Below, piece by piece: positions 6,658 through 16,358 of a stretch of 64,000 nt of DNA. The first letter of the stretch is position 1, and each line of letters begins with the position of its first letter. Made by a program: the position numbers and the translations under genes. The stretch comes from an uncultured Verrucomicrobiae bacterium (GTDB taxonomy: Bacteria > Verrucomicrobiota > Verrucomicrobiia > Chthoniobacterales > UBA10450): contig CAVYXA010000003.1 in the NCBI GenBank assembly GCA_963772365.1, positions 480,001 through 544,000 on the forward strand, in the 5' to 3' direction. The notes beneath the pieces are model-generated. The model worked only from the letters and a program-made list of their open reading frames with translations, had not been told where the DNA came from and did no database searches.

Positions 6658-9000
6658 TTAAAATTCCACTGACACCCCGCCGTAACCCGAGATACGTGGC
6701 GCTGGTTCGATGCTCCCGTTGAAAAAGACGCGCGAGTAATATTTTTCGTCGGTCAGGTTAGAAATTCCGGCAATCAAACGGGCGTGTTTGGTAAAGTACC
6801 ATTCGCCGGAAAGATTGAGCACCTTGTAATCATCGAGTTTGGCCGGCGTGACTCCAGTCGGAGTAATAGCCGGCGTGTTTGCATCCGACCAAAATTGTTC
6901 GGTCACGTACACCGCGGAAAGAGTGACATTAAAACAGCGCTCTTTGCCGAAAGTGATTCCGCCTTTCCAAAGTAAATCGGGCGCGAAGGCGGGTGTCTTG
7001 CCAACTTGATCCGGAATCATGCTGTCGGTGAACTCGGCATCGAGAAATTGCACGTTGCTAAAGAAAATCAGGCGCCATGGCCGGAATTCTTCGGCCGAGA
7101 CACCCGGGACCGCTACATTTTTTACATTCTTATCGACAACGTCTTTGCCAGGCTCAGGTAGGGGCGTAGCGACAGGCGGATGCTGATATCGAGCGAGGAA
7201 GTCATAAGAAACCTCGCCTTCGAAACCCCGGTGCCGTGTGCTGCCAGTATTTACGATGATGACTTCAGTGTTACTGATATTTCGGCTCTCCGTGCGGTTA
7301 TCGAATTCCATCCAAAACGCGCCAACATCGTACCAAAAGCCTTGCAATGGTGTTCCATGCACACCGAGCTCAAGATCGAGCGACTCAAACGGGTCGGGAG
7401 CTTGACCCGCCGGCACCGCTCGGGAAGTGCTGGCAATATCGAAGAATCGAACCGGTCGCCACCCGGAAGAAGCACTGAAATAGGTCTCGTTGCGGTCCCC
7501 GAAGTCGTTACCCACACCAACTCCCCACAACGGGATAGTGCGGTCGGCGCTTCGGTTTACCGGCGCGCCCATCACAAACGGCGCGACCTGAGAATCCACT
7601 TCGACATTTTCGTGATCCAGACGGAATGAACCAACGAGGTGGAACTTACCGAGCCGGAAAAGGTTTTCGATAAAGAACGCCTGATAATCAGCGGTGCGGT
7701 CCTGATCCAGGGTTACATCGCTGGTGGTTTCGCCGCGAGGCGCGTCCAAATCCATGCTGCGATAGCGTTGGAACGGTGCATCGCCATGATAAATAAGGCC
7801 GCCAAAGGTCAGTGCACTGCCCTTGAACATGGTTTCTTCACCCCATCTCTTACGTACTCGCGCATCCACGCCGCCGTTGTTAAACGCTTCGTAACCCAGT
7901 GTAGTCGAGGTGGGAAACGCGCCGGTAATGGGATCAATGTTCGCGGCTGTGCGTGAGTCGATGTCCTGATGCGTGAACCAGCCTTTTACTTGAAGTAGCC
8001 AGCCGTCGCCGAGGTCATGTTCGTGTCGCAACACCGTGGTGTAGCGATCAACCCAATTATGATTGTAAGGCGTAGTGGAAATGCTGGGATCTCCCCAGAA
8101 CTGCTGAAAAGTCAGCCGTCCCGGATCGCCGCCATCGAATCGACTGAGGTGAAAATCCAAAGCGGTCAGTTGGGTCTCATCTGGGCGATAGCCCACATAC
8201 AGGTTCGATTGCCACAGATCATATTGGCTGTTATCGCGCTGGCCATCCGTGCGAACGTAGCCTTCATCGAGGCGAAATTCCACCGGACCGACCGCCTCCT
8301 GGACCACGTTATAAGTTGAATAAAGTCCGTAAGCGCCGCCGATTTGCTCGGTATAGAAATCCCAGGGAGATCCAGGAGCCGGATGTTTCATGACATAGTT
8401 CACTGCGGGTGCCGGCTCAGGTCCATAAATCAAACTGCTGCCGCCACGGATGAGTTGAATCTCGCTCACACTTTGCGGTAGAGGCAGATAGTAAAGCGTG
8501 GGAAAACCGATCCAATCACTCATCAGCGGTAATCCATCCTGCAAAACGAGGATGAATTCCGATTCCTGCGGATTACCAAGACCGCGATAGCTGAAATTAA
8601 ACTGTCCGGGATTATGCTGCTCGGTGATCAGAAGCCCGGGCGCTTTGGTGAATTCTTCCTGCAAGTTATTGTTTTCAAGCGGTGGCTGTTGCTCGAGTTT
8701 AATCGTTGTCGCTTTTTTCGTGACGGTGATCTGGGTCCCCGAAATCTCGGGCATCATGTGTTGGCGCATCTCGCGCCAATTATCGTGAGGCGTAGGTGAG
8801 GGAACGGCTTCGCCTGTGACAACGATCTCTTCTGCACCGGCAGGCGCTTGCGCCGCAGCGCGGTTTGAACTCAATAAATTAAAGACAGCGCATGAGACCA
8901 AAAGAAGCCATGCAGCCGCATCAAAAGAAGACCTAGAAATCAGTATGGCCCGATCATTACAAAATTGCAACGAATCGGGCAGGAGAAAACTTTTACCCAA
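6658..9000 (-). CDS. TonB-dependent receptor (start uncertain)
   Basis: TonB box EEIVVTG, plug motif IQLIRGGSSLIYG, C-terminal NLTDEKYY...GGVSVEF. Confidence 0.92.
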   Translation of the reverse strand: MGKSFLLPDSLQFCNDRAILISRSSFDAAAWLLLVSCAVFNLLSSNRAAAQAPAGAEEIVVTGEAVPSPTPHDNWREMRQHMMPEISGTQITVTKKATTIKLEQQPPLENNNLQEEFTKAPGLLITEQHNPGQFNFSYRGLGNPQESEFILVLQDGLPLMSDWIGFPTLYYLPLPQSVSEIQLIRGGSSLIYGPEPAPAVNYVMKHPAPGSPWDFYTEQIGGAYGLYSTYNVVQEAVGPVEFRLDEGYVRTDGQRDNSQYDLWQSNLYVGYRPDETQLTALDFHLSRFDGGDPGRLTFQQFWGDPSISTTPYNHNWVDRYTTVLRHEHDLGDGWLLQVKGWFTHQDIDSRTAANIDPITGAFPTSTTLGYEAFNNGGVDARVRKRWGEETMFKGSALTFGGLIYHGDAPFQRYRSMDLDAPRGETTSDVTLDQDRTADYQAFFIENLFRLGKFHLVGSFRLDHENVEVDSQVAPFVMGAPVNRSADRTIPLWGVGVGNDFGDRNETYFSASSGWRPVRFFDIASTSRAVPAGQAPDPFESLDLELGVHGTPLQGFWYDVGAFWMEFDNRTESRNISNTEVIIVNTGSTRHRGFEGEVSYDFLARYQHPPVATPLPEPGKDVVDKNVKNVAVPGVSAEEFRPWRLIFFSNVQFLDAEFTDSMIPDQVGKTPAFAPDLLWKGGITFGKERCFNVTLSAVYVTEQFWSDANTPAITPTGVTPAKLDDYKVLNLSGEWYFTKHARLIAGISNLTDEKYYSRVFFNGSIEPAPRISGYGGVSVEF

Positions 9001-9043
9001 TCTGCTGTTTTTTCATGGGACGCTGGCTTTGTCGCCCAGACGA

Positions 9044-10435
9044 CTACGCCTGATTTGGCAATGACAACGTGACAGTTGTGCCGCGGCCGATCTCACTTTG
9101 GATATCGGCCGACCCATGGTGAAGATCGACAATCGATTTGACTAGTGACAGGCCGAGACCTGTGCCGCCGGAGCTGCGAGATGGATCGGCGCGATAAAAT
9201 CTATCGAAGACTCGCGGCAGATCTTCGGCTGAAATACCGCTGCCATTGTCGCTGACCGTGACAACGGATTTATCGGCACCGGCTGCAACGACGATTTGAA
9301 TGGCGCCGCCATTCGGCGTAAACCGCAACGCGTTATCCACGAGATTACTCACGGCGCGTTCAAACAGAACCGGATCAGCGAAAAAGTTGGCCTGGCCGCT
9401 GCATTGGATATTGATATGTCGATCTTCCGCGAGCGTTCGATAAAAAGCGGCGATCTTTTCGACAGCCATTCTCCCATCGAATTCCTTTTTTTGGGAAGGC
9501 TCGCGAGCCGCATCGGCTCGGGCAACAAACAGCAAATTATCTACGATTCCGGAGAGCCGCTCGCATTCTGCGATCATTGACTCGATGACTTCCCGGTACT
9601 CACTGGGAGAACGGTCGCGGGTCATCGTGACCTGCGCTTCGCCAAGGATATTCGCGAGCGGTGTACGTAGTTCGTGAGCAAGGTCGGCCGAGAACTGCGA
9701 GAGCCGGGTAAAGGATTGTTCCAGTCGATCGAGCATGCGATCGAAGGCATTGGCCAGTGGTTGAAGCTCGCGGGGCCAGCCGACCGGTGCGACCCGTTCA
9801 TCGAGATGAGTCGGCCCGATACGTTCCACGGAACGGGTCATTTCACCTAACGGATGCAGGCCGCGCTTTGTGACGGTAACAGCAACGAGAGCAGAAGCAG
9901 CAATGCCGCCCATCAGAACAATCAGGAGCAAGGCTCCGACTTCGATCTCGAGATCTTTGTCGCTGGAACGGTCCTGCGCGATTTGAAGGGTGTATTTCCC
10001 GCCAGCAGAGTCTTCATTGACTGTCACGAGCGAAAATAATCTTCCATGTCCCCTATAGTTCTTTGGAGCGCGAATAGCTGATGTCGACTTCGCCGGAAGT
10101 GGAAAAATGTTGCTGGGAGTGAACTGATTCATTCCGGGTGTCTCGGCGATTGTTTGACCGGTCGAATCGATAACTCGTATCCAGTAAGGCGTGTGCTGAC
10201 CTGCTCGATGAGCATTAACTTCTTCACTGAAGGCGCGCGGGCTACCTTCTGCGAAGTCAGCGCGCAGAGCCGTTACCTTGTCGATAAAGACGAGGTTGTC
10301 TTCGGCAAAGGCGTGGCGGATGACGATCCAGTAGAAAATACCGAGACCGCAGGAGAGAAGAAGAGCGGCAGAAACCGTAAAACGCAGGACGAGCCGCGAG
10401 GCGATGGAGCGCGCCCTAATGTGCTTTGAGGACAT
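9044..10435 (-). CDS. Heavy-metal sensor histidine kinase (CusS/CzcS-like)
   Basis: Two TM segments, HAMP, FSADLAHELRTP H-box, DNGSGI and GTGLGL; likely start MSSKH at 10435. Confidence 0.9.
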   Translation of the reverse strand: MSSKHIRARSIASRLVLRFTVSAALLLSCGLGIFYWIVIRHAFAEDNLVFIDKVTALRADFAEGSPRAFSEEVNAHRAGQHTPYWIRVIDSTGQTIAETPGMNQFTPSNIFPLPAKSTSAIRAPKNYRGHGRLFSLVTVNEDSAGGKYTLQIAQDRSSDKDLEIEVGALLLIVLMGGIAASALVAVTVTKRGLHPLGEMTRSVERIGPTHLDERVAPVGWPRELQPLANAFDRMLDRLEQSFTRLSQFSADLAHELRTPLANILGEAQVTMTRDRSPSEYREVIESMIAECERLSGIVDNLLFVARADAAREPSQKKEFDGRMAVEKIAAFYRTLAEDRHINIQCSGQANFFADPVLFERAVSNLVDNALRFTPNGGAIQIVVAAGADKSVVTVSDNGSGISAEDLPRVFDRFYRADPSRSSGGTGLGLSLVKSIVDLHHGSADIQSEIGRGTTVTLSLPNQA

Positions 10436-11087
10436 AACCCACGCCGCGAATGGTGTGGACCAGCTTGGTTTTGAACGGGTCGTCCACCTTGGCCCGCAAC
10501 CGTCGCACGACGACGTCCACCACGTTGGTGTCGGTCTTAAACCCGATGTCCCAAACGTGTTCGGCGATTTCTGTGCGGGAGACGACTTCGCCTGCAGAAC
10601 GAACCAGGTGTGCAAGTAACTTAAACTCCTTCGGTGTGAGATTGAGCGGAACTCCGGAACGAACCGCCGTATGCCGTTTTAAATCGAGGTCCAGATCGTC
10701 AATGCGCAGGTGGTCTTCCATTTGGGCAGGCGCGCGGCGCAACAGGGATCGGATCCGGGCCAGCAGTTCGGAAAAAGCGAACGGCTTAACGAGATAGTCG
10801 TCCGCGCCCAGCTCAAGACCCTTCACCCGGTCACGCACGCTGTCTCGAGCGGTGAGAAAGAGAATGGGTGTGCGGGATCCTTGCTGTCGTAGCTCTGACA
10901 CCACGGCCCAGCCATCCTTTTTTGGCAGCATGACATCGACAATGAGCAGCTCGAATTTTGTGGCGTTCGCGATTTGCAACGCTTCTTCGCCATCGTGCGC
11001 AAGATCGACATCAAAGCCGGCTTCGCGCAATCCTTTGGTGAGAAAAGCCGCCGTTTTCTTTTCGTCCTCGACCACTAAGACTCGCAT
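10416..11087 (-). CDS. Heavy-metal response regulator (CusR/CzcR-like, OmpR family)
   Basis: VVEDE, DVMLP, GADDYLVKPF, TNVVDV, HTIRGVGY. Confidence 0.92.
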   Translation of the reverse strand: MRVLVVEDEKKTAAFLTKGLREAGFDVDLAHDGEEALQIANATKFELLIVDVMLPKKDGWAVVSELRQQGSRTPILFLTARDSVRDRVKGLELGADDYLVKPFAFSELLARIRSLLRRAPAQMEDHLRIDDLDLDLKRHTAVRSGVPLNLTPKEFKLLAHLVRSAGEVVSRTEIAEHVWDIGFKTDTNVVDVVVRRLRAKVDDPFKTKLVHTIRGVGYVLKAH

Positions 11088-11102
11088 CGGTCTTGTGCGG
11101 TT

Positions 11103-11543
11103 TTACGAACTCTGATCGAGACGGGAAGGCGGAAGCGCAATCACCAATCCGGACAGCAGAAATGTGATCGCCGCAGAAAACAAACAGTAACGGCAATAGG
11201 CGTGCAGTAGAAATGCCTGGATGTAGAGAAACCAAAGCGTGGCGAGAAACATTGCGCCCACGGTGAGCGTGAGAAATGTCTTTGCACGGCGGTAACTAAA
11301 AGCGGCAAGCGTGGCAAAACTGAAGACAGAGAAATAGGCCAGCACGCCGAAAGCCGCTACCGGAATTCCCCCGACTCGCGAATAGCGGCTGCCCAACACT
11401 CGAAAACAATCCGGGGATCCGCCGCAGGAGAGAGTTTCGCCGGTGAGAGCCTGAACTGTGAGGGAAATCGCATCTGCCAAACCCGCCAGGGCAACGATTG
11501 CTGCCAGGACATAAAGCACAGTGCGAAATCGCGCGACGCTCAT
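11103..11543 (-). CDS. Vitamin K epoxide reductase (VKOR) family protein
   Basis: CGGSPDC loop cysteines, VLGSRYS, CRYC active site, four TM segments. Confidence 0.9.
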   Translation of the reverse strand: MSVARFRTVLYVLAAIVALAGLADAISLTVQALTGETLSCGGSPDCFRVLGSRYSRVGGIPVAAFGVLAYFSVFSFATLAAFSYRRAKTFLTLTVGAMFLATLWFLYIQAFLLHAYCRYCLFSAAITFLLSGLVIALPPSRLDQSS

Positions 11544-12211
11544 TTGCGTTCCGTTTTTTCCTTAATCGCTGCCTTGACCGTCTCGCGTAATCCTTCCGGA
11601 TTTCTCTTGGCAGCTTCGAGCTCGCGATTGTTCACAAAGAGAGTTGGCGTGCTTTTAATCCCGAGTTCGCGACCACGTTCCTGATCCGATTTTATCCGCT
11701 CCTTGGCCTGCTGCCCTTCCATATCTTTTTTGAATTGATCGAGATTCAGGCCGATGGTTCCGGCATAAGCGAGGAACAACTCCATTGGATCTGCAGCTTT
11801 GGTCCAAGTGTCCTGCTCGCGATACAACACATCGTGCATCTCCCAAAAGTGACCCTGGAGTCCAGCTGCTTCAGCTGCCAGCGCTGCTTCACGCGCGTGC
11901 TTGTGCATCTCGAGCGGGAAGTTTCGAAAAACCAGGCGAACGTTCGGCTTGTCCTCTTTTACAACCTCGTCAAGGAAAGGTGAAATCGATCCACAGGGCG
12001 GGCACTGGAAGTCGCCGAATTCTTCCAGGGTCACGGGCGCATCGGGATTACCTCGAAGGTGCATCGAGCCAGTATCGCCTTTGCCGGGCACGGCCTTGTC
12101 TTCTGGAACGGTGAGAAGATGCGGGCGCTTGCTCTGGTAGAGCATCGCTCCACCTCCGACTGCTGCGGCCGCCACGAGAATGATTATGACGAAAGGGATG
12201 TAACGCTTCAT
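11540..12211 (-). CDS. DsbA-family thiol-disulfide oxidoreductase
   Basis: EEFGDFQCPPC, FRNFPL, STPTLFVN; N-terminal anchor; likely start MKRY at 12211; ATGA-coupled to VKOR. Confidence 0.9.
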   Translation of the reverse strand: MKRYIPFVIIILVAAAAVGGGAMLYQSKRPHLLTVPEDKAVPGKGDTGSMHLRGNPDAPVTLEEFGDFQCPPCGSISPFLDEVVKEDKPNVRLVFRNFPLEMHKHAREAALAAEAAGLQGHFWEMHDVLYREQDTWTKAADPMELFLAYAGTIGLNLDQFKKDMEGQQAKERIKSDQERGRELGIKSTPTLFVNNRELEAAKRNPEGLRETVKAAIKEKTERK

Positions 12212-12342
12212 AGGCTCACGAGAGCCGAAAAGCTTCAGCGCAACTGCTGATTCGTCAAATCGATCCGTCATGGCCGCCGCGGGGGGTGAGCCCGGCGGCC
12301 ATTATAGAACCGTCGTTTTGCAGTCGCTGCTTGTGTTGAAAA

Positions 12343-15300
12343 TCACGGCAACCCCGTGCCGACTTTCGATTTGATGAGCGAAATATCCGAACTGTTAATA
12401 TTGCCATCAGCGGTGACGTCCTCGCGGAAGTTACCGATGGTGACTTGCTGGCCAGTTTGTCCTTTGGCCTGGCTGATGTCGCTGGAATTTACCGCGCCAT
12501 TGTTCGTGCTATCGCCGATGAGAAGGTCAAATCGGGCGGGGACATTGTTCAAGCTAGCATCTCCGTCGCTTCCGCCGATGTTGTCGTTGTGAACGGGCAC
12601 ACCGTTGAGCGTTACGATATGGCGTTGCGCGTTTGGCACACCGGTCAGGGTTACGCTGTATTGGTTCGTGTCCGGCCCCGGCCCGTGACTGGCGACGGTA
12701 CCGCCGTTGGTGATCATTACGTCTGATGCCTGTCCGGTGACGGTGAACTCAGTGCCAAACGTGTAGATGATCGTATATGCGCTGCCCTCAAGACGACATT
12801 CAATGTCTGCTGAGCCATCCGGTTTCAGAAGATCGACATCAAAGGGGCCTGAGTTGCCGTGAGCTTTTCGAGAAACGACATCGTCCAGCGGTAGTTCCAC
12901 TTCAATTTCCACTATGGCGACATTGCTGCTGGTGGCTCCATGGCTATCGGTCACGGTGAGTCGGGCCGCGAAATGGCCATTGCTCATATACGTGTGATCA
13001 ATGGCGGCACCTGCCTGAGTCACTGGTGGTGTGCCGTCACCAAAATCGAACGTATAAGAGGCAATTGAATCTCCGGGATCTGGATCGCTGGAGGCAGAGC
13101 CGTCAAAATGAATTGCCAAAGGTGGATCGCCCTGGGGCGGCGTCCCGGGAGGCGAACCCACGGGGTAGGCGCTGAGCGCCGCAATCGGCGGCGTGTTTTG
13201 AGCGCACGAATCATTGCCGACAACGCCGTACATTCCCGACGGCGCCAGGCTGTCCGGCATGTTGTCGGGCGTGAGTGCGCCGACCACGGGAACTTCAGCG
13301 CGCACGCGAAGAAGGAAGCCGGTTAGGTGATCTCCTATTCCAGGAGCGCCGATGACGCTTCGGGGTACGACGATGGTAATTGTTCCGTCAGCGCTAAATG
13401 CGCTCGCCGCGTCGGCATTTCCCAATACGGTATCTGGAGCGCCGTAAGCGCCGCCCGTACCACCCGTCGGGTTAAAGGTGCCATAGCGAAAGACCGGTGC
13501 TGCAGGGCTGCCGCCATCGACTAATCTGGTGCTCATGTCCACCCAATACCCGAGCCCGGTCCCTCCGTTAATCAGGAACTGGACGGGCCAACGCGTCTCG
13601 GACGGCGGAAGGCCGCCGACAAAGCTTTCGACCTTGATTGTGACCACTAATTTGTCCGGTGCGAAAGCGAACGGCTCGGCGATGGAAAGCTTCCGCAAAT
13701 CCCAACCATCATTCGTGTTTACACCAATCGGCACAACGATATCGCCCGATGGATCTGTCAAAATCGTTAGCCCGGGCAATAGGCAGGGTGTCTCACCGCT
13801 CGTTGCACTGCTGATCGGAAATTCGCCGCACGTGGCGCTTTCACCCACAGCATTTATCGCTGAAATCTTATAGAAATAGTCTGTGTCGGCGACTGTGGTT
13901 GTATCGTCGTAACTGGTTCTGCAGTCCGGGCAACCAGTGGTGATCGTTGCAATTGGTGCTCCGTATGTTCCCGGATCGGTGCGTCGGTAAACATTATAGC
14001 CTGTAAGCGCAGAGCCTCCATTGTCCGGCTGCGACCAAACAAGATGCACAATGTCGCCCGCAGTGCCGGTCACGCTTTCTACCCGAGGCGCACCCGGGGC
14101 GGTGGGATTGCAGATCAATGGATTTTCGGTGCAGTTGGCCTGCCCATCATATTGGCTCAACAAACGAGGTCCGCCCGATTGACGAATCACGGTGGACAAG
14201 GCGCTGCGTGATTCATTATAAGGAGGATCGTGAGCAGCAGCCGTTTGCGCTGTGCAGTTCGGCCCAACGCAACCATCAGCATAGGCTGCTAGGACTCGTC
14301 CTTCGCTGTCGATCTGAATATCATTAAAGTCGAGTAGATTCCGATCGCTCCCGCAGGTTGTGCCGCCGGTGCAGATGGAACCGACTTGGACTGGATCGCC
14401 GTTTGTCGCATCGACCAGAGTATAGGTTTGACCGCGATCAACCGTCGTCGCGATGTAAAAGTACCACACGCCTCTGAATGAATTAATATCCTGATAACCA
14501 CCCTGGCCGGACGTGCCCAGAAATCCAAAAGCTGCCCGGTCGCCATCGCCAGCGACTACCTCTGGGAAGATAGCGTCCTGAATTATGCCCTGGCTAACAT
14601 CGACATCGTGCCACGTATCGCCGTGATCGGTGGAAACAGCGATGTGCGGGTGATTGTCGCTGTTCTGATAACCCACATACAACGTATTGTCGGATCCAAT
14701 GCCTACTGATGGATCGGTGTCGCCAGCTCCGGCGGTGTAACCCCCTTCGTGAATCGTTTTGACCGTCCAGGTCAATCCATTGTCGGTAGAAACGGCAACG
14801 CTGGCACCGCCGTTGCAACTCTTGTTCGGTACATAGACGGTCCCATCGGGACCGACTTTAACGTGGCCATGCAGGCCGCCGCATTGCGAAAGATTCCACA
14901 TGGGAATGCCGGGCCCGAAAGTCAGCCCGCCATCATCACTACGCGCGGCGAAAGCAGTTCCGATATCCTGCGAAGCATAATAGATTTGGTGTGGATAGAG
15001 CGGATGGGGTGGCGGAGGAGGGAATGCCGCTTCATTGTACGGTCCGCCTCCTAGTGTTTGATGATCTACGCCGGCCGGCTGCCCGGATCCTTGCGATTGC
15101 GTCCACGGTTGAGTATTTCCATCGTCATCGGAATACGACGTGATGCTGGTGGCGCCGGCCAACTGCGACTGGAATACGCGACCCAAGCCCGCGCCGGATT
15201 CGCCCGGATATTGATGATCGACGAAGCCTATTGGATCAAGCGTCTCGATTCCTTCGCTAATGTTCGTCACATCCTCCCAGTTATTCTTGGCCGGCGAGGA

Positions 15301-16128
15301 GCAGTCATCGAAATTCACTCGGAACTCGTTCAGATTGGCCGTGAAAAATGCAACTCCACCGGTATTCAGGTTAATGTTGTTCATCGGTGGCATTCCCGGA
15401 GTCGGTGGATTAGGTCCGTTCTTGAGTGAGGGCACGTTCGGATTCCAATCGATCCCAATGGAAGGTTCGCCCGCACTGTCCGCGCCGGAAAGATTCACCG
15501 GATTCGGCGGATAATTCTCGTAGCGTTGCGGTGGCGCCGTGCCCGGAGGAGGTGCCGGCGTCGCATCTTCCAAGGTGACCGTAGCCGTGTAACTCTGACC
15601 CGCGGGAGCAAACGGTATCGTACGGATCGTATAAGCTGCCGATTGCGCGGGTAAGACGATTACTTCGGGATCGGCGGAGGAAGCCGATGTCGCGACCACA
15701 TTGGCTCCTTGAAGGATATAAACATCGAAGTCAGCTGTTGAAATGGGCCAGCTCACACTAACGCGAACTTCCTTCGTTGGATCCGGATCGGGGCCGCCGG
15801 ACATATCCACCGTGAGTGCAAAGTCGCTGCACGACATTGGTACGGTACATATCGGATCGCCTGCTTGCCCCGTTAGATTTGGAACAACAAATGGACCATC
15901 AGTGTAGCTCAGTGTGGGATTCCCCAGAGAAACCGTTCCGCTTGGAGGCATTGGCGCTTGGGGTCTTGCGGCTGGTTTGGCTAATTGAGGCTGCCGCGCT
16001 TTTCCGTCGGCCCGTTGCACACCAGCGAAACTGGCCACAGCCAGCAAAATGCCGGCCATACATAAGAGGCCTGCGGAAAGAACGCGTGAATTGAAGAAGG
16101 CGGATTGAGATGTGATCTTCTTTTGCAT
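12343..16128 (-). CDS. Large secreted BNR/sialidase-like propeller + FN3 + PKD + dockerin-like protein
   Basis: Asp-boxes (SDDGGLTF, STDNGLTW, STDHGDTW), FN3 (WSQPDNGGSALTGYNVYR), PKD (SYTFDFGDG), duplicated Ca-loop tail. Confidence 0.8.
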   Translation of the reverse strand: MQKKITSQSAFFNSRVLSAGLLCMAGILLAVASFAGVQRADGKARQPQLAKPAARPQAPMPPSGTVSLGNPTLSYTDGPFVVPNLTGQAGDPICTVPMSCSDFALTVDMSGGPDPDPTKEVRVSVSWPISTADFDVYILQGANVVATSASSADPEVIVLPAQSAAYTIRTIPFAPAGQSYTATVTLEDATPAPPPGTAPPQRYENYPPNPVNLSGADSAGEPSIGIDWNPNVPSLKNGPNPPTPGMPPMNNINLNTGGVAFFTANLNEFRVNFDDCSSPAKNNWEDVTNISEGIETLDPIGFVDHQYPGESGAGLGRVFQSQLAGATSITSYSDDDGNTQPWTQSQGSGQPAGVDHQTLGGGPYNEAAFPPPPPHPLYPHQIYYASQDIGTAFAARSDDGGLTFGPGIPMWNLSQCGGLHGHVKVGPDGTVYVPNKSCNGGASVAVSTDNGLTWTVKTIHEGGYTAGAGDTDPSVGIGSDNTLYVGYQNSDNHPHIAVSTDHGDTWHDVDVSQGIIQDAIFPEVVAGDGDRAAFGFLGTSGQGGYQDINSFRGVWYFYIATTVDRGQTYTLVDATNGDPVQVGSICTGGTTCGSDRNLLDFNDIQIDSEGRVLAAYADGCVGPNCTAQTAAAHDPPYNESRSALSTVIRQSGGPRLLSQYDGQANCTENPLICNPTAPGAPRVESVTGTAGDIVHLVWSQPDNGGSALTGYNVYRRTDPGTYGAPIATITTGCPDCRTSYDDTTTVADTDYFYKISAINAVGESATCGEFPISSATSGETPCLLPGLTILTDPSGDIVVPIGVNTNDGWDLRKLSIAEPFAFAPDKLVVTIKVESFVGGLPPSETRWPVQFLINGGTGLGYWVDMSTRLVDGGSPAAPVFRYGTFNPTGGTGGAYGAPDTVLGNADAASAFSADGTITIVVPRSVIGAPGIGDHLTGFLLRVRAEVPVVGALTPDNMPDSLAPSGMYGVVGNDSCAQNTPPIAALSAYPVGSPPGTPPQGDPPLAIHFDGSASSDPDPGDSIASYTFDFGDGTPPVTQAGAAIDHTYMSNGHFAARLTVTDSHGATSSNVAIVEIEVELPLDDVVSRKAHGNSGPFDVDLLKPDGSADIECRLEGSAYTIIYTFGTEFTVTGQASDVMITNGGTVASHGPGPDTNQYSVTLTGVPNAQRHIVTLNGVPVHNDNIGGSDGDASLNNVPARFDLLIGDSTNNGAVNSSDISQAKGQTGQQVTIGNFREDVTADGNINSSDISLIKSKVGTGLP

Positions 16129-16358
16129 AGTTTCTCCTAACAACATGCTGTTAATCGGACGGGCCTCGATTAAGGTCGTATCATTAGACGATTTTCTTTC
16201 CCGCGAGTAAAGCGCAAAACTGCTTAGGATTCAGAATTTACCGTCGGCCCTTTACGTAACGAAACCGGTGCAAGTTATTAGGTTCGTTGTCCGTCCGTTG
16301 ATTTGCGCCGCGCTGGATGCTACGTAGCCTCGGTCCGACGCCGGACCGGCATTTCGCC

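Noticed and set aside
11103..12211. DsbA or VKOR as additional selenoproteins
   Set aside because: Active sites are Cys-coded (CPPC, CRYC) with no in-frame UGA.
12271..12301. Intrinsic terminator after the large secreted protein gene
   Set aside because: A GC hairpin is present but there is no U-tract on the coding strand.
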